Part shown: piece after piece, positions 40,063 to 52,341 of the stretch | Numbering within the stretch: position 1 is the first letter of the stretch | Layout: the number at the start of each line of letters is the position of its first letter | NCBI GenBank assembly: GCA_025786725.1 | Contig: JAHLTZ010000071.1 | Span: forward strand, 1-56,059 | Direction of reading: 5' to 3' | Source: Syncephalis fuscata S228 | Lineage: Eukaryota > Fungi > Zoopagomycota | Length of the DNA: 56,059 nt | The notes under the pieces: generated by a model | What the model saw: the letters and a program-made list of their open reading frames with translations, nothing else | The model's database searches: none | Told to the model about the DNA's origin: nothing | Program-made: the position numbers and the translations under genes

Positions 40063-41241
40063 ATGAAGTGCACTTTATTGATATTTTTTGCAATCTTACT
40101 TTCTACTACCGCAGTTAACGGTGTCGTTGATGATGAAAACTTCCAAGCAACTACTAATGCTACATCGGAGCTGCTGGATCAAGTCAATAATGGCTACATT
40201 GTTAAATTGCGTCCTGGAGTTCAAGTCAATAGTTTTATCGCCCAAAGCCGCAGCCTAGTTGGTGATAATGATCAAATCGAACATACATACAACGCAGGTG
40301 GATTTGAAGGATTTGCCGGTAAATTGACGGAGGAAGAGGTTGAACGTTTGCAAAACGATGAGCGTGTCGAGTATATTGAGCCGCAAACAATTATGCACAC
40401 TATGGGCCAACAGTCTAACGTGCCTAGCTGGGGGCTTTCACGTATTTCTAGCCGACGAAATGGCAACAGTCAAATTTATACATATCCTGATTCTGCAGGT
40501 GAAGGCATTGACGTTTGGGTAATTGATACAGGCGTAGACGCGGGACATCGTGAATTTGGTGGACGAGCCCAACAAGTCAAAAGCTTTGTGCGCGGTGAGG
40601 CCAATGCCGATCTAGCGGGCCATGGTACTCACGTTGCCGGAACTATTGGATCCAATACCTATGGTGTCGCTAAAAGGGCAAAGATATATGGTCTTAAGGT
40701 TTTGAATCGAAAAGGTAGCGGTGCCATAAGTGATATTGTTGCTGCTGTTCAGTACGTTACTCGTGCGGCCCGTCGTGGCAAGACGGTCATTAACATGTCG
40801 CTTGGTGGAAGCAAATCACGCGCATTGGATGATGCTGTTAGTGCGGCCGCAAACGCTGGCGTTGCTGTTATTGTTGCTGCTGGTAATGATCACGCCAATG
40901 CTTGCCGTGAGTCGCCAGCTGGTTCATCTCGCGCATTTGCGGTTGCATCTAGCGACAGAAATGACCGCCAATCATCGTTTTCCAACTACGGACCGTGTGC
41001 TCGTTTATACGCCCCTGGTTCTGGCATTCGTTCTTTGGCACCCAATGGCGGCACTACCAGCATGTCGGGCACATCTATGTCTTCACCACATGTTGCTGGT
41101 GTCGCGGCACTTTATTTGTCTGCTCGTAGCTATAGCAACGTTGATGAACTTTACAGTGCTCTTGTCAACAATGCTACGCCAAATGTTGTATCTGGTGTAA
41201 GTCAGGGCACACCTAACAAACTAGTATATAATCAGCCATAA
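40063..41241 (+). CDS. Secreted S8A protease paralog A, right-arm copy
   Basis: Differs from 5228..6406 by two residues (VDG/VDD, TEK/TEE). Confidence 0.96.
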   Translation: MKCTLLIFFAILLSTTAVNGVVDDENFQATTNATSELLDQVNNGYIVKLRPGVQVNSFIAQSRSLVGDNDQIEHTYNAGGFEGFAGKLTEEEVERLQNDERVEYIEPQTIMHTMGQQSNVPSWGLSRISSRRNGNSQIYTYPDSAGEGIDVWVIDTGVDAGHREFGGRAQQVKSFVRGEANADLAGHGTHVAGTIGSNTYGVAKRAKIYGLKVLNRKGSGAISDIVAAVQYVTRAARRGKTVINMSLGGSKSRALDDAVSAAANAGVAVIVAAGNDHANACRESPAGSSRAFAVASSDRNDRQSSFSNYGPCARLYAPGSGIRSLAPNGGTTSMSGTSMSSPHVAGVAALYLSARSYSNVDELYSALVNNATPNVVSGVSQGTPNKLVYNQP

Positions 41242-42384
41242 TTGGATTAGCGCTTAAAGATTACAAATGGTCAAACATATATGCTGCAACTAATAAATTA
41301 AATTATTTGCAAATACATGGCTACATATTTAAATCATTTAATATACAGTGATATTTTGTTTACATAAAAACAACATGTAAATATTTTTAGTTAAATGTGT
41401 ATTTGCGCTGGGTATAATAAAGTGTGCTATTGTTGCATAAATAATATATTAGCATAAATATAAAGCTGTACAATATTGCTATAAAACAGTATTGTTCTAT
41501 ACGGTACAGTCGTATGAATTAACCAACTTGTGTCCTATTATAACACATAACGTGTTATTAGTATTATACTGTAAAATATCCAAGTAGCGGCTTATTTAAC
41601 ATCCGAAAGTATATTGAATTAGACAAATATTTGCTCAATGACGACTTAACTTGCTGCGTACATAGTATAGAACTGGCGAAACAGTAAACAAGGCGAAAAA
41701 TAGGCCCATCAACATGATTTGTGTTGTACAGTCAATAATGAATTGTTGACAACTGTCGCACTGGCAAACATTTAATACAATATACATTTATTCGCTAATA
41801 TCTAACATCACGATTGTAATTATACTTGTAAAATGGCGATGATTAAATTGTTACTATAATTATGGTAAATGATCGATGCACGCTATAGCCTGGTTTGGCC
41901 ATTCCATATTTGCTATTTACCCTTTTGTATATTTCCAAGGTGGCGTGATACTAGCTCCTTAGCGATGGTCCAATGACAAAATAATAAGTACCTTTAGCGT
42001 ATTAGGTTTTACAACACAAGGACACTTTATATTTAGTATATTGAATGACATTACAAACAGCAGATGTGTGAATTAACATCAAGGCGTGTACATCATAAAC
42101 GTTTAAGGCCTAGATCGATGTATACTAACAATAGTAATATTGTCGACACATTGGGAAACTTATACGCACATTAACTGAGAAATAGAGTAAACCAGTAATT
42201 GAACGGATATATTACGCAAGATCCGAATGTTTAAAATTTACAATAAATAGAACGCTTTAATTGGCAATTATCATTATATTCGACAACAAACTCCATCATA
42301 AGCACATCATTTAATAACAAATCCAAACATACGCACATTATTCAACATACTTTACGAACAACGCACTATTATTTAATATTCAGT

Positions 42385-43563
42385 ATGAAGTCCATTTTGC
42401 TAATAGCCTCAATAATTCTACATTCTACAGCAGCAGTTAACGGTGCCATATCAAACGGTCATGTAAGAAGATCAGAGAATGTTACATCGGAATTGTTGGA
42501 TCAAATCAATAATGGCTACATTGTAAAACTACGTTCTGGATTCCAGGCCAATCATTTTGTTGCCCAAAGTCGCAGCCTACTTGATGGTAGTGATCAAATT
42601 GAACACATGTACAATGTGGGCGGTTTTGAAGGATTTGCCGGTAAATTGACGGAGGAAGAGGTTGAACGTTTGCAAAACGATGAGCGTGTCGAGTATATTG
42701 AGCCGCAAACAATTATGCACACTATGGGTCAACAGTCTAACGCGCCTAGCTGGGGACTTTCACGTATCTCTAGCCGGCAACGCAGTGGAAGTCCAGCGTA
42801 CAACTATCCTGACACCGCAGGTGAAGGTATTACCGTTTGGGTAATTGATGGTGGCATAGATACAAAACATCCCGATTTTGGTGGTCGAGCCTCCCAACAG
42901 AAAAACTTTATTCGCTACGAGCCTAATGCTGATCTAGATGGTCATGGCACACATGTGGCCGGCACCATTGGGTCCAGCACGTATGGTGTTGCCAAGAAAG
43001 CAGCTATTATAGGTCTCAAAGTCTTTGACAAAAGCGGCTCTGGTGCCGATGCCGGTATTATTGGCGCTATCCAATATGCTACTCGTATGAGCAAACGTAA
43101 CAAGGCCGTCATGAACCTATCTCTTGGCGGCACAAAGTCGCGTGCCTTAAACGATGCTGTTAATGCGGCGGCAAGAGCTGGCATTGCTGTTATTGTTGCA
43201 GCTGGCAATGATCATGTCAATGCCTGTCGCGAATCACCAGCCAGTGCATCTGGTGCGTTTACAGTGGCCTCAAGTGATTCAAGAGATCGTGAATCCGACT
43301 TTTCCAACTACGGCTCATGCACTCGCCTATACGCTCCTGGTACCGATATTGTTTCGCTTAAGCCTGGCGGTGGCACAGATACTATGTCGGGTACATCTAT
43401 GTCTGCACCACATGTTGCAGGAGTTGCAGCTCTTTATTTGTCTGCCCGCAACTTCAATAGTATTAATCAGCTTTATCAAGCACTCGTTGATAATGCCACG
43501 CCCAATGTTCTATCCAGACTTGGCAATGGATCAGCCAACAAATTACTTTACAATCAACTGTAA
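42385..43563 (+). CDS. Secreted S8A protease paralog B, right-arm copy
   Basis: Protein identical to 2906..4084. Confidence 0.96.
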   Translation: MKSILLIASIILHSTAAVNGAISNGHVRRSENVTSELLDQINNGYIVKLRSGFQANHFVAQSRSLLDGSDQIEHMYNVGGFEGFAGKLTEEEVERLQNDERVEYIEPQTIMHTMGQQSNAPSWGLSRISSRQRSGSPAYNYPDTAGEGITVWVIDGGIDTKHPDFGGRASQQKNFIRYEPNADLDGHGTHVAGTIGSSTYGVAKKAAIIGLKVFDKSGSGADAGIIGAIQYATRMSKRNKAVMNLSLGGTKSRALNDAVNAAARAGIAVIVAAGNDHVNACRESPASASGAFTVASSDSRDRESDFSNYGSCTRLYAPGTDIVSLKPGGGTDTMSGTSMSAPHVAGVAALYLSARNFNSINQLYQALVDNATPNVLSRLGNGSANKLLYNQL

Positions 43564-43721
43564 ATGTTTTAACGCTATTATTAAAACGCATTACAATAAA
43601 AACACGCTAAATTCTTTAGTATTAAAACTAATTATTGATCATCCAACTTGACTAGTATTTCTAATTAATCCTGCACAACATTGAACAATCAATGGATAGC
43701 TTTATTATTCATAGATGAAAT

Positions 43722-45731
43722 CTAATCTGCTAAGCTTATAGCTTTGATTTCAGTGTAAAACTCGAGGCTGTATTTTCCACCCTCTCTTCCAATACTATTG
43801 CTATCAGTTAGTACATGTATTAACTCATATTAACCACCTACCCTGATTGCTTGGATCCACCAAAAGGTAAATGAAGGTCTCTTGCCATCCATGTATTTAC
43901 CCACACGGTACCAACTTGTAGAGACTCTGCTACTCGACGTTGACGCCGTCCATTCTCTGTCCATAATGAAGCCGATAATCCGTAAGCATTATCATTTGCT
44001 AATTCGATAGCTTCATCTTCGGTGTCGAATGGTGTTACTGTTACTACCTAATTCTATGGTCAACATCCTAATAACCGTGATTATCCAAATCCATTTAGTT
44101 GTATTTACCGGTCCAAATATTTCTTCTTGCATCACACGGCCCTTGGGCGATACACTAAATAGACATTATTATATTTTACTTTAATTAACTGAGTGATAGA
44201 CTCACTTTGTAATAATCGTGGGCTGCACAAACCAACCATCTGTGCTTCCACATACATCGATATTTGATCGTTCACCGCCACAATGAATAATGCCTCCTTC
44301 TTCACGTGCTAGTTGAATGTAGTATAACACTTTGTCCATATGCTCTTTGCTAACCAATGCACCAAGCTGTGAGCTTGCTTCAACTGGATCGCCCACCGTT
44401 AATGCCTTTGCACGTTCAATTAGACCGGTTAAAAAGCGATCATAAATGCCTCTTTGAATAAAAATACGCGATCCGCATAGACAGATTTCTCCTTGGTTAC
44501 TAAAAGACGAGCGTACCGTTGTTGATAACGCCGACTCAAAGTCGCAGTCATCAAATATAATATTGGCATTTTTACCACCTTTAATAAATTGTTATTAGTG
44601 ATTAATTGGATAGTTCATAAGCTCTCTTACCCAATTCAAGTGATAATTTTTTACAAAACGATGCACTTTCTCGTGTAATGTGTTGACCTGTAACGGTGCC
44701 TATTCATAAATTGTCTATTAGCATTATGCTATTTCTATACTCATGCTACATACTGCCCGTGAATGAAACAAGTGGAACGCGTGGATGAGTAACTAGTGCA
44801 TTGCCAGCCTTGGGGCCTGCAGATATACAATTAATTAAATAAATTATTGTCATTGATTCTACTTGCCTGTGCCAAATACCATATTTACAACGCCATCTGG
44901 AATACCGGCTTCTTTAATCAACGAACATAACACTGCCATACTAGTTAAAGCATGTTATTGAATATCGTTATTGTAATATACTTACTACTGGCCGTCATGC
45001 TAGTTATTTCACTTGGTTTACATACGCATGTACATCCAGCTAGAGCAAACATTAATTGATTATTGCTAGTGTTGCTGTAGACTTACAAGCAATGCACGGT
45101 GCAATCTTCCACGTTAGTAAATAAAGTGGTCTATATTACATTTAGCCAACTATTTACGTAAAAAGTATTAATTTCTTACAAGTTCCATGGGCTAATTAAA
45201 GCAGCCACACCAATAGGCCAGCGTTGTGTATAGCTTAACAGGCCGGGATTGCCATTGGCAGGGGGGAGACGACGTGCCTCGTCTTGTGACCAGCTACTAC
45301 GACATTCATCGGCAAAATAGCGGAAATTACGAACAGACCGTGGGATATCAACAAGTCTTGCCAAGCTTTCTGGTTTACCTTGGTCGCGCGACTCTGCAGC
45401 CACGAATTTATCTAGATTTGCTTCTAGCAGGTCCGCTAAACGGTCAAGTAGTCGCGCACGCTCAATAGGCGATGTACGAGACCAGGCGGGAAAAGCGGCA
45501 CTCGCTGCTTTAACTGCTAGTTCGACGTCGGCCTCAGAAGAGTTGGGCACTTGGAGATATGGCTGCAATAGTGTTAATATTAATATACGCAATTGCATTT
45601 CTCACTTTAGTATTTCTTACCAAACCTGTAGCCGGCTCAAAACTATCAATGTATTCGCCGTCTAGTGGTGGTACTTCCTGGCCATTAATATAGTTGGCTA
45701 TCACATTCGAATAAGAAACTCCTGGACGCAT
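43722..45731 (-). CDS. ALDH8A1-like aldehyde dehydrogenase, right-arm copy (intact at both indel sites)
   Basis: Mirror of 739..2748; reads SRIFIQRG and IDVCGSTDGWFVQPT in frame. Confidence 0.92.
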
Positions 45732-46662
45732 AGTTAGTTGAATGTAGAATAAACAATAACTATAAGCAGACAAATAAAAGAAAGCGGTGGGTGCGTGGGT
45801 ATAAGTTGTCCCTTACGAATTAATATTCTATAGCGCGGTCGTGTAACCGATAATCGGAGGTAATAAATAACTATATAGTATTTCACAGCATGTTTTAGAT
45901 AAGATTGTATATATAGAACAGCAGAGGTAATTAGCTGCCATATCTATTGTTTAATCAATTGTAATGAATTAATAATAGTGGTAAAAGCAATAAATCAACA
46001 ACATTGCTAATTAGCATTAATAGTATTTGTATATCCAACAGTTTTATTTAATCAATTGTAATGAATTAATAATAATAGCAAAAAGCAACAAAGTAATAAA
46101 ATTATTATTTAATTAACGTTAGTAATATTTTGTATTTCCAACACTTTTTATTTATTTAATATGACTAATTGTTAACTACATACTTGTTGTAATGGCCAAT
46201 AATCATAATAGACACTTTTCTAATTAACTGTTTGCACGGACAAACAACAACTTATATAAAGCTATTGCATGGTCCAACTTTACTAATACTAAATTCAAAA
46301 ACATTAATAAAGATGACAGTACAAGCAATACACTATACAGCAGTGCATAGAGTATAGAAAGTAACTGTCGTACAACGAATGAAGCGCAGTTAGGCAAAAA
46401 AAGGACAAACGAGAAATAATCGCAAGAGAAAGGAAAGAATACAAACGACTAAAACTACATATCGCACGCTGTGTAGACAGACAAAAGCTCACAAAGTCTG
46501 TGCACATAGTCATACAAATGCATTGCTGTTTTGTCGTTCGTGTAATTGAACGTAGACATAATAACGATAATAATCGATTATTATAAAGCAAGCGCTCATT
46601 TGAATTGACTGCGCTAATAACTATCTCGATGTCGCACTTATTAACGTAGTACACAGGGCAAT

Positions 46663-48174
46663 TTACTCGGTTACTGCGTCAATTAGCTTGGCAAGGAAGA
46701 CGTTGTATTGGCCGCAGAGTACTAATTCTACATAATCGACACTCTGTTTGACTTCGCGCATATTGGCGACGACAAACCGAATACACGAATGTTGTAGACG
46801 TTCGTCGGAAAAGTCGTAGGCTACACGCACTACTTGCATGACATTGTCTACGGCTAATTCCTCGATCCAACGATCGGCCACTCGACGTTTAAGCCCATCT
46901 ACCTGGTATTTGTCGGCCAAGGCAAATAGAGCACGTCGTCGAGCAAACACCACTGGCTCGCGCCGGTGCATACTCTCGCTTAGTGGCCGGTGGTCGTCTT
47001 CGTCCTCTTCACCCGAAGAAAGTCCTTCAGCATCCGAAGCAGTACTTGTGCGTTCGAAAAAGTCGGTTGGATCACCTTCTTCAAAGTGGCCCGTGTAGAG
47101 GTAACGAAGTAATACATGTGCAAATAGCTGAGCTGATTCATCGACGGTAAACTCATGAACGACGCCACGAGCACTGGCTGCGTCCGATTCAGGCCGTGAT
47201 GTACTATCACGATCGCTACCAGCGAACAGCTCTTCAAAATATTTGCTACGTGATGCTAATATAGCACGATGAACTGGCACATCACGATCTTGTAGACGAA
47301 GAATGGCATCTGCGTGCGTGCCTTCTTTTAGCAATCGTTCAAACTCAGGCGTTGTTGTGATAGAGCGCGAGTCGGCTGGCCATTCAATCTCCACGTCTAC
47401 TACTAAAGTATCATCTGCTGCTAGACGTGGATCGGAGGTAAGTTCCGGTAGGCGACACACATCTTTCCAGCACCAGTTGGTCTCAGCTTCAAATACATCG
47501 CTAAGACTGGTGTGGAATAGAACCATATTGGCTGTGTTGCGTAGCCATACATTAACGTAGACATCCTTTGATGTCATAGCCATTTCACGCTCCTTTTCGC
47601 GCTGCCGAATCGCCTGGAGAGCGGCAGCTGACGAAGCAGTAGACGCGGAACGGCCATGGCCAAGCATGCCGGTGGGTTTTAGATTACCATTGTTGTTTTC
47701 TTGCGTATTTTGATGATCAGGGAAGTTCCAGATGTAAAAGTCAATAGTGCGATCTGCATCTTCTCTGATACTAAGGCCCATACGCCATGGATGACGGACA
47801 CATCCAAAAAGTTCACTCACAAGTGTGCGGCCAACGTTGTGAGAAATACCTGGCTGCGTAAAAGTGCACTGAACAGTAACTTTACGGCTACAGCAGGTAG
47901 TTACGCCTTGACGAGGCGGTGCAAGCATAGCCATGTTAGGAGCACCGGTAGGACTTGCGTAGGCGTTAACGTGCGTGTTTACCGTACTTAACGAGGCCGG
48001 TGACAAAGGTGGACTTTGGTCGCGAACGGCGTTACCAGAAAGAGCCGCAAGACTACGGCTATCAATGTCGGTGGAGGCTCTATCTTGTTCTGGTATAACG
48101 CCAACCGAATGCTTTTTGAAAAACTCTTTAACTTTGCCGTAGTGCGAGTCACGACGATTCATTTGCGTCGCCAT
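46663..48174 (-). CDS. BTB/POZ protein with MATH-like N-terminal region (SPOP-like Cullin-3 adaptor)
   Basis: HADAIL..VPVHRAILASRSKYFEELF, LLRYLYTG, LFALADKYQVDGLK, DDTLVVDVEI. Confidence 0.88.
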   Translation of the reverse strand: MATQMNRRDSHYGKVKEFFKKHSVGVIPEQDRASTDIDSRSLAALSGNAVRDQSPPLSPASLSTVNTHVNAYASPTGAPNMAMLAPPRQGVTTCCSRKVTVQCTFTQPGISHNVGRTLVSELFGCVRHPWRMGLSIREDADRTIDFYIWNFPDHQNTQENNNGNLKPTGMLGHGRSASTASSAAALQAIRQREKEREMAMTSKDVYVNVWLRNTANMVLFHTSLSDVFEAETNWCWKDVCRLPELTSDPRLAADDTLVVDVEIEWPADSRSITTTPEFERLLKEGTHADAILRLQDRDVPVHRAILASRSKYFEELFAGSDRDSTSRPESDAASARGVVHEFTVDESAQLFAHVLLRYLYTGHFEEGDPTDFFERTSTASDAEGLSSGEEDEDDHRPLSESMHRREPVVFARRRALFALADKYQVDGLKRRVADRWIEELAVDNVMQVVRVAYDFSDERLQHSCIRFVVANMREVKQSVDYVELVLCGQYNVFLAKLIDAVTE

Positions 48175-50579
48175 AGTAAACAGCGGCTAAGATAAAGAGT
48201 AGAAAAGAGGGAAAGGTAAGAGATGAGTCTGTCGTTTGCGGATGAACAACAGAAAGCGGAGTTTTATACAGCTGTGGATTTCCACTACGATATTACCATA
48301 TTAGTATGGCCACGATTGGTATAAGTCGCGCAGAGCGATTTCCAACTCACCTATTGGCGTATATATGGGTCGACAATGGTCGCCGATAGCAGATAAGGCA
48401 ATGAGAACAGTGTCACCTTACACAAGTGACGAATTGTGGATTTGTGAAGGAGAATGAGTGGGGATGAATTCACGTAAGTGCCGTATGTACACACACATAC
48501 ATACAAAGCGAATAATAACAAGAGATGTTAACAAAATGTTGGTTGGTTGAGCGACCAAGACAGGATCGAAATAGCAAGCGAAAGATATGAGAAAGAGTTG
48601 CAGATATGAAATAAAAGATGAAAGGGCGATGAAGTGCTGCACGAAAGCGGCAGATGTAAAGCAATCCAAGGGCCAAGGAGCCAATAAAAAGCGATATATG
48701 AATAATGTAGAATTGCGTTTAGATAAACAATGCACTCCCAATAAAGCAAGTACAAATAAACAGTTACTATCGATCAGGTGTTATTGCTATTAGTAATACT
48801 ACTAATAATAATATTAATAATGACAAAACAACACAGTAAAATAGCAATAAAAATGGGCGAACTAGCCTGCACTCACACACAAGACAGGTAGAATAGCAAT
48901 AAATGTAAGTAGAGCAGTGGATAGAGTACGGCGACTACAACAGCATCAGTTGCAGAGGGCGCGCGCACAGCGAGAACCGGATGCAATAATTTGTCCAGTG
49001 ACAAATCGTCCAAGAAACAGTTGCTGAAGTGTTAATACTATATAAAAAATGTTTAAAGAATGAACCGGGGCTTGCAGGCAAAAAGGCAGCTGCAAGTGGG
49101 TCCACGTGGATATACAGTGCAGCAAGTGCGATTTAAAAGAAACAGAGCCGTAGTATAGAACCAAACAACTCCGTTTACCTTAAAGAAGAAAGCCAGAAAA
49201 AAGAAAAGATAAAAGATAATGAGGAGGAGTGCAAGTATGATCTGGTGACATGGGATTGTTTTTATGTACGGCGGCGATACAGACGAGCCACACATATGGA
49301 CACACAAACAGATGGACACGCGCTACCATTGTCCGGATGTGAATTACTTGCGTTGTGGAAGGAAAGATGTACAAGGGTCACAATAGGCTAGTTACATGTG
49401 ATGCAGTGGTGAACATGCATTTCGGTGTGTAAACGCGCCAGGACCACCAAATTCCTTAGACTTGCCATGAAGCGTGGATAGTGGCTGCATCGTCGAACGG
49501 GCTAGTAGTTTGAAGTAACTACAATAGGAGAAGATTGGCATTCAAGGATATGAATTGCTTTGTTTAATTTGGTTCATTATTTTGTTTACTCCTACTCCTC
49601 TAAACATGCTTGTGTCATGTTTATCACGTGTTATAGTGCGTTTTGGCTGGATCCGTCTACGGCAAACAGGCTGATTACTGGGGTCCCGTGACCATAGTGC
49701 TATCAGGGAGTGTCTTATTGTATTGTGTCGGCCATTTGATATAAGCATTGTCATGCGAAGGACTATGAAAAGTGTTGGCTAATTCATAGAGCTGAGACAC
49801 TTGGCGGTCACACCATATACGAAACAGCAAAGCACAGCCGACGAACCGGTCGGGGGTGGCGGACAGGGTGTGTTATACGACGCCATGCGATAAGATCTAT
49901 GGCCACGTTGCTGACCGTTAATAGGCCAAGGAACTTTAGAATAGCGACCTCAACCAACCGATGCAATGGAAAATGTCCGGCATAACAAATAATAGTGACG
50001 CTACTGCAATGCGGTAGCGCTAGTACACATGAGTGCACGTGCTGGCAAAGCCGCCATCTCGTGAACTTATATTCAAGGCCATTTTCAATAAATGTGTTTT
50101 TTGGTTATGCATATAATAAAAATGATTTACATGCTACATATTTAATTATACAAATAAAATAATTTATTCAACAAATATTTAATGCTTTAACCTGTATAGA
50201 AGTGTCGTTATTTTATTGTTGAACATTTCAAAATAGCAGTTAAGCAATGTTATATTGTAATGATAGTGTTGTAATAGCAAATACTGGTGCTAGTCAGCAT
50301 GATATGCAAGGTTATACATGTGCATTTCTTAGTGTAGGATAATTATGTTGCACTATATATAGTTGTTTTATTTATATCATTGTTATTACAGTAATATTAA
50401 ACAATTTGTTAGTCATTTAATGTGATTTGGTGATCAAATAACTAAATTTAATAACATCTGCGTAATTGAAGTACACACTTGTTCTATTGAATATGAAGCC
50501 GATGATGAGTTTTATTAAATAATTAAATAACCATATTATACTGTTTGTTTTGTGATCAAATGACTCCATTCAATGACAT

Positions 50580-51424
50580 CCAATCTACTGAACATGAGGA
50601 TGGATGGAGAGTGACATCAATAATCAAAATACTCATCATTGTAGATTCATTATCCAGTACACATATATCCACTATTTACCTATATCATTCTCATACTGTT
50701 CCATACTACTGTATATCGTTCTATGTTATACTGAACACATTCTATTGTTTATATGTTCCAATACACTTTACTCACTCCACTCATTGCGTTATATACATTA
50801 TAACTTCAACACCAATATTCATACTATTCTATATCATTCTATACCTGTTTAGTCTTGCTTTATTCGAAACTGGTTGTATTTTTGCTTTAGCTTTATTATT
50901 AATAAATGTTGACTAATGTCGCTCAACTGCCCATGTATATATACTCATTAACGCCAACACTACTAATCAGTACTCAATATTGTATATTCATTATATTGTA
51001 TACTGTTATATTGTTTAATAAATACGCGCTAGCTATTGCAGTTGTTTTTTTTAGTTCTAACTTTATTATTAATAGATGTCAACTTATTCAACTCAGCCAT
51101 TTATTAAACTATATTTGATTGAAACTTATAACAATATAATGTATTCAATATAGCATGAAATGGTACATGCATACTGGATAATAAATCTACGATAATGAGT
51201 ATTTTAAACTTTAATACTACTTACCACCCATCATTATGTTCAACAGATTGAATGTTATCAAATATAATCAGGGGTGGCAGGCAAATGCTGCAAATGCGCG
51301 GTTAGGTCCTACGGACCGTTGTCTCAAGCTAATAAATTTGAATCCAAATGTTATCAAATATAATCATTTACACCTAAATCACAATGAATGTGATAATTGG
51401 TTAACAAAATATTAAATACATAAT
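50580..51424 (+). mobile_element. Third, slightly diverged copy of the ~930-bp element; degenerate end-like sequence at ~50415-50580
   Basis: Matches ~26670-27510 with offset ~23913. Confidence 0.8.
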
Positions 51425-52341
51425 CAAATGTCTTATTTATTTATGCGATTATTATTGTTACGGTATATAATTTGGCGTGACTGCATTTAATTCAACTAAC
51501 TGTGGTATGCCAATAAGCTAGTATAAATCAAGTTACAATGTAATCATATGTATAGAAAGACTATGTATATATCTTTATTGTAAGTAAAAACATTTATGCT
51601 GTTATATGGCAATGGCATTTTTACAAAAGCTACAACCTTATACAATTGGTCATTTTTAAACCAATGACACAGTGTAACGCGGAATTAACGACTGTTTAAA
51701 ATACTGCCTTTTATTTTGTGCCCAATATGATCCGTAGCCGTACCATAGAGCTCTAACTATTTATAATACAACCGAATTTACATAATACTGAACAATATTA
51801 CGTTTGTTTGCTCAAACATAGTATATATTGTATGCAAATATAAACGTGTAGAGCAATGTGTATACTTACAATATAATGATTGTCAAAATATATATGATAT
51901 TATTATGTTAAGTTAAAATATAATATTGAAATTTATTGAGTTTAAAGGCCAAAAAATGATCACCCAATGCAAAATGGTAGTATATTTATTTCCTTTGATG
52001 TCTGCGGTAAGACGTGGTGGTTAATTGATTGTTTAGTGATTTCGAGTACACATGGTGTTTCTGATACAAAAAGCGTTTTGCCTCATTCTATAAATTTCTA
52101 AATTGAGAAAATCTATTTCTACATCCAACATGTTTATTTCTTTTTTAGTCTAAAATAGAAGCATTCTTGTCGTGCATTAGACATATATATATATATACGG
52201 ACGGGGCATTGGACGAGCCAATGTAAATTTACTTTTCCTTCGCACTTTCCTCGCAAATAGTAGCTTTTACTATACAATTTACTTCTAATTCACGATAGTA
52301 ATAGATATAACGCAGCTGTAGCGTGATTTATCACCTACACG

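Larger units (their letters stand above)
36424..46469. repeat. Right arm of large inverted repeat
   Basis: Reverse complement of 1-10105, with about a dozen SNPs/indels seen by eye outside the foldback element. Confidence 0.97.

Noticed and set aside
48418-50038. Short ORFs upstream of the BTB gene
   Set aside because: No recognisable motifs; more likely a long 5'UTR, intron or promoter.
50545-51118. Hydrophobic ORFs in the repeat element (also 20444-20758, 23158-23358, 26993-27193, 30280-30498)
   Set aside because: T-rich strand bias gives F/L/I/Y-rich open frames, the frames break between copies, and no domain is recognisable.
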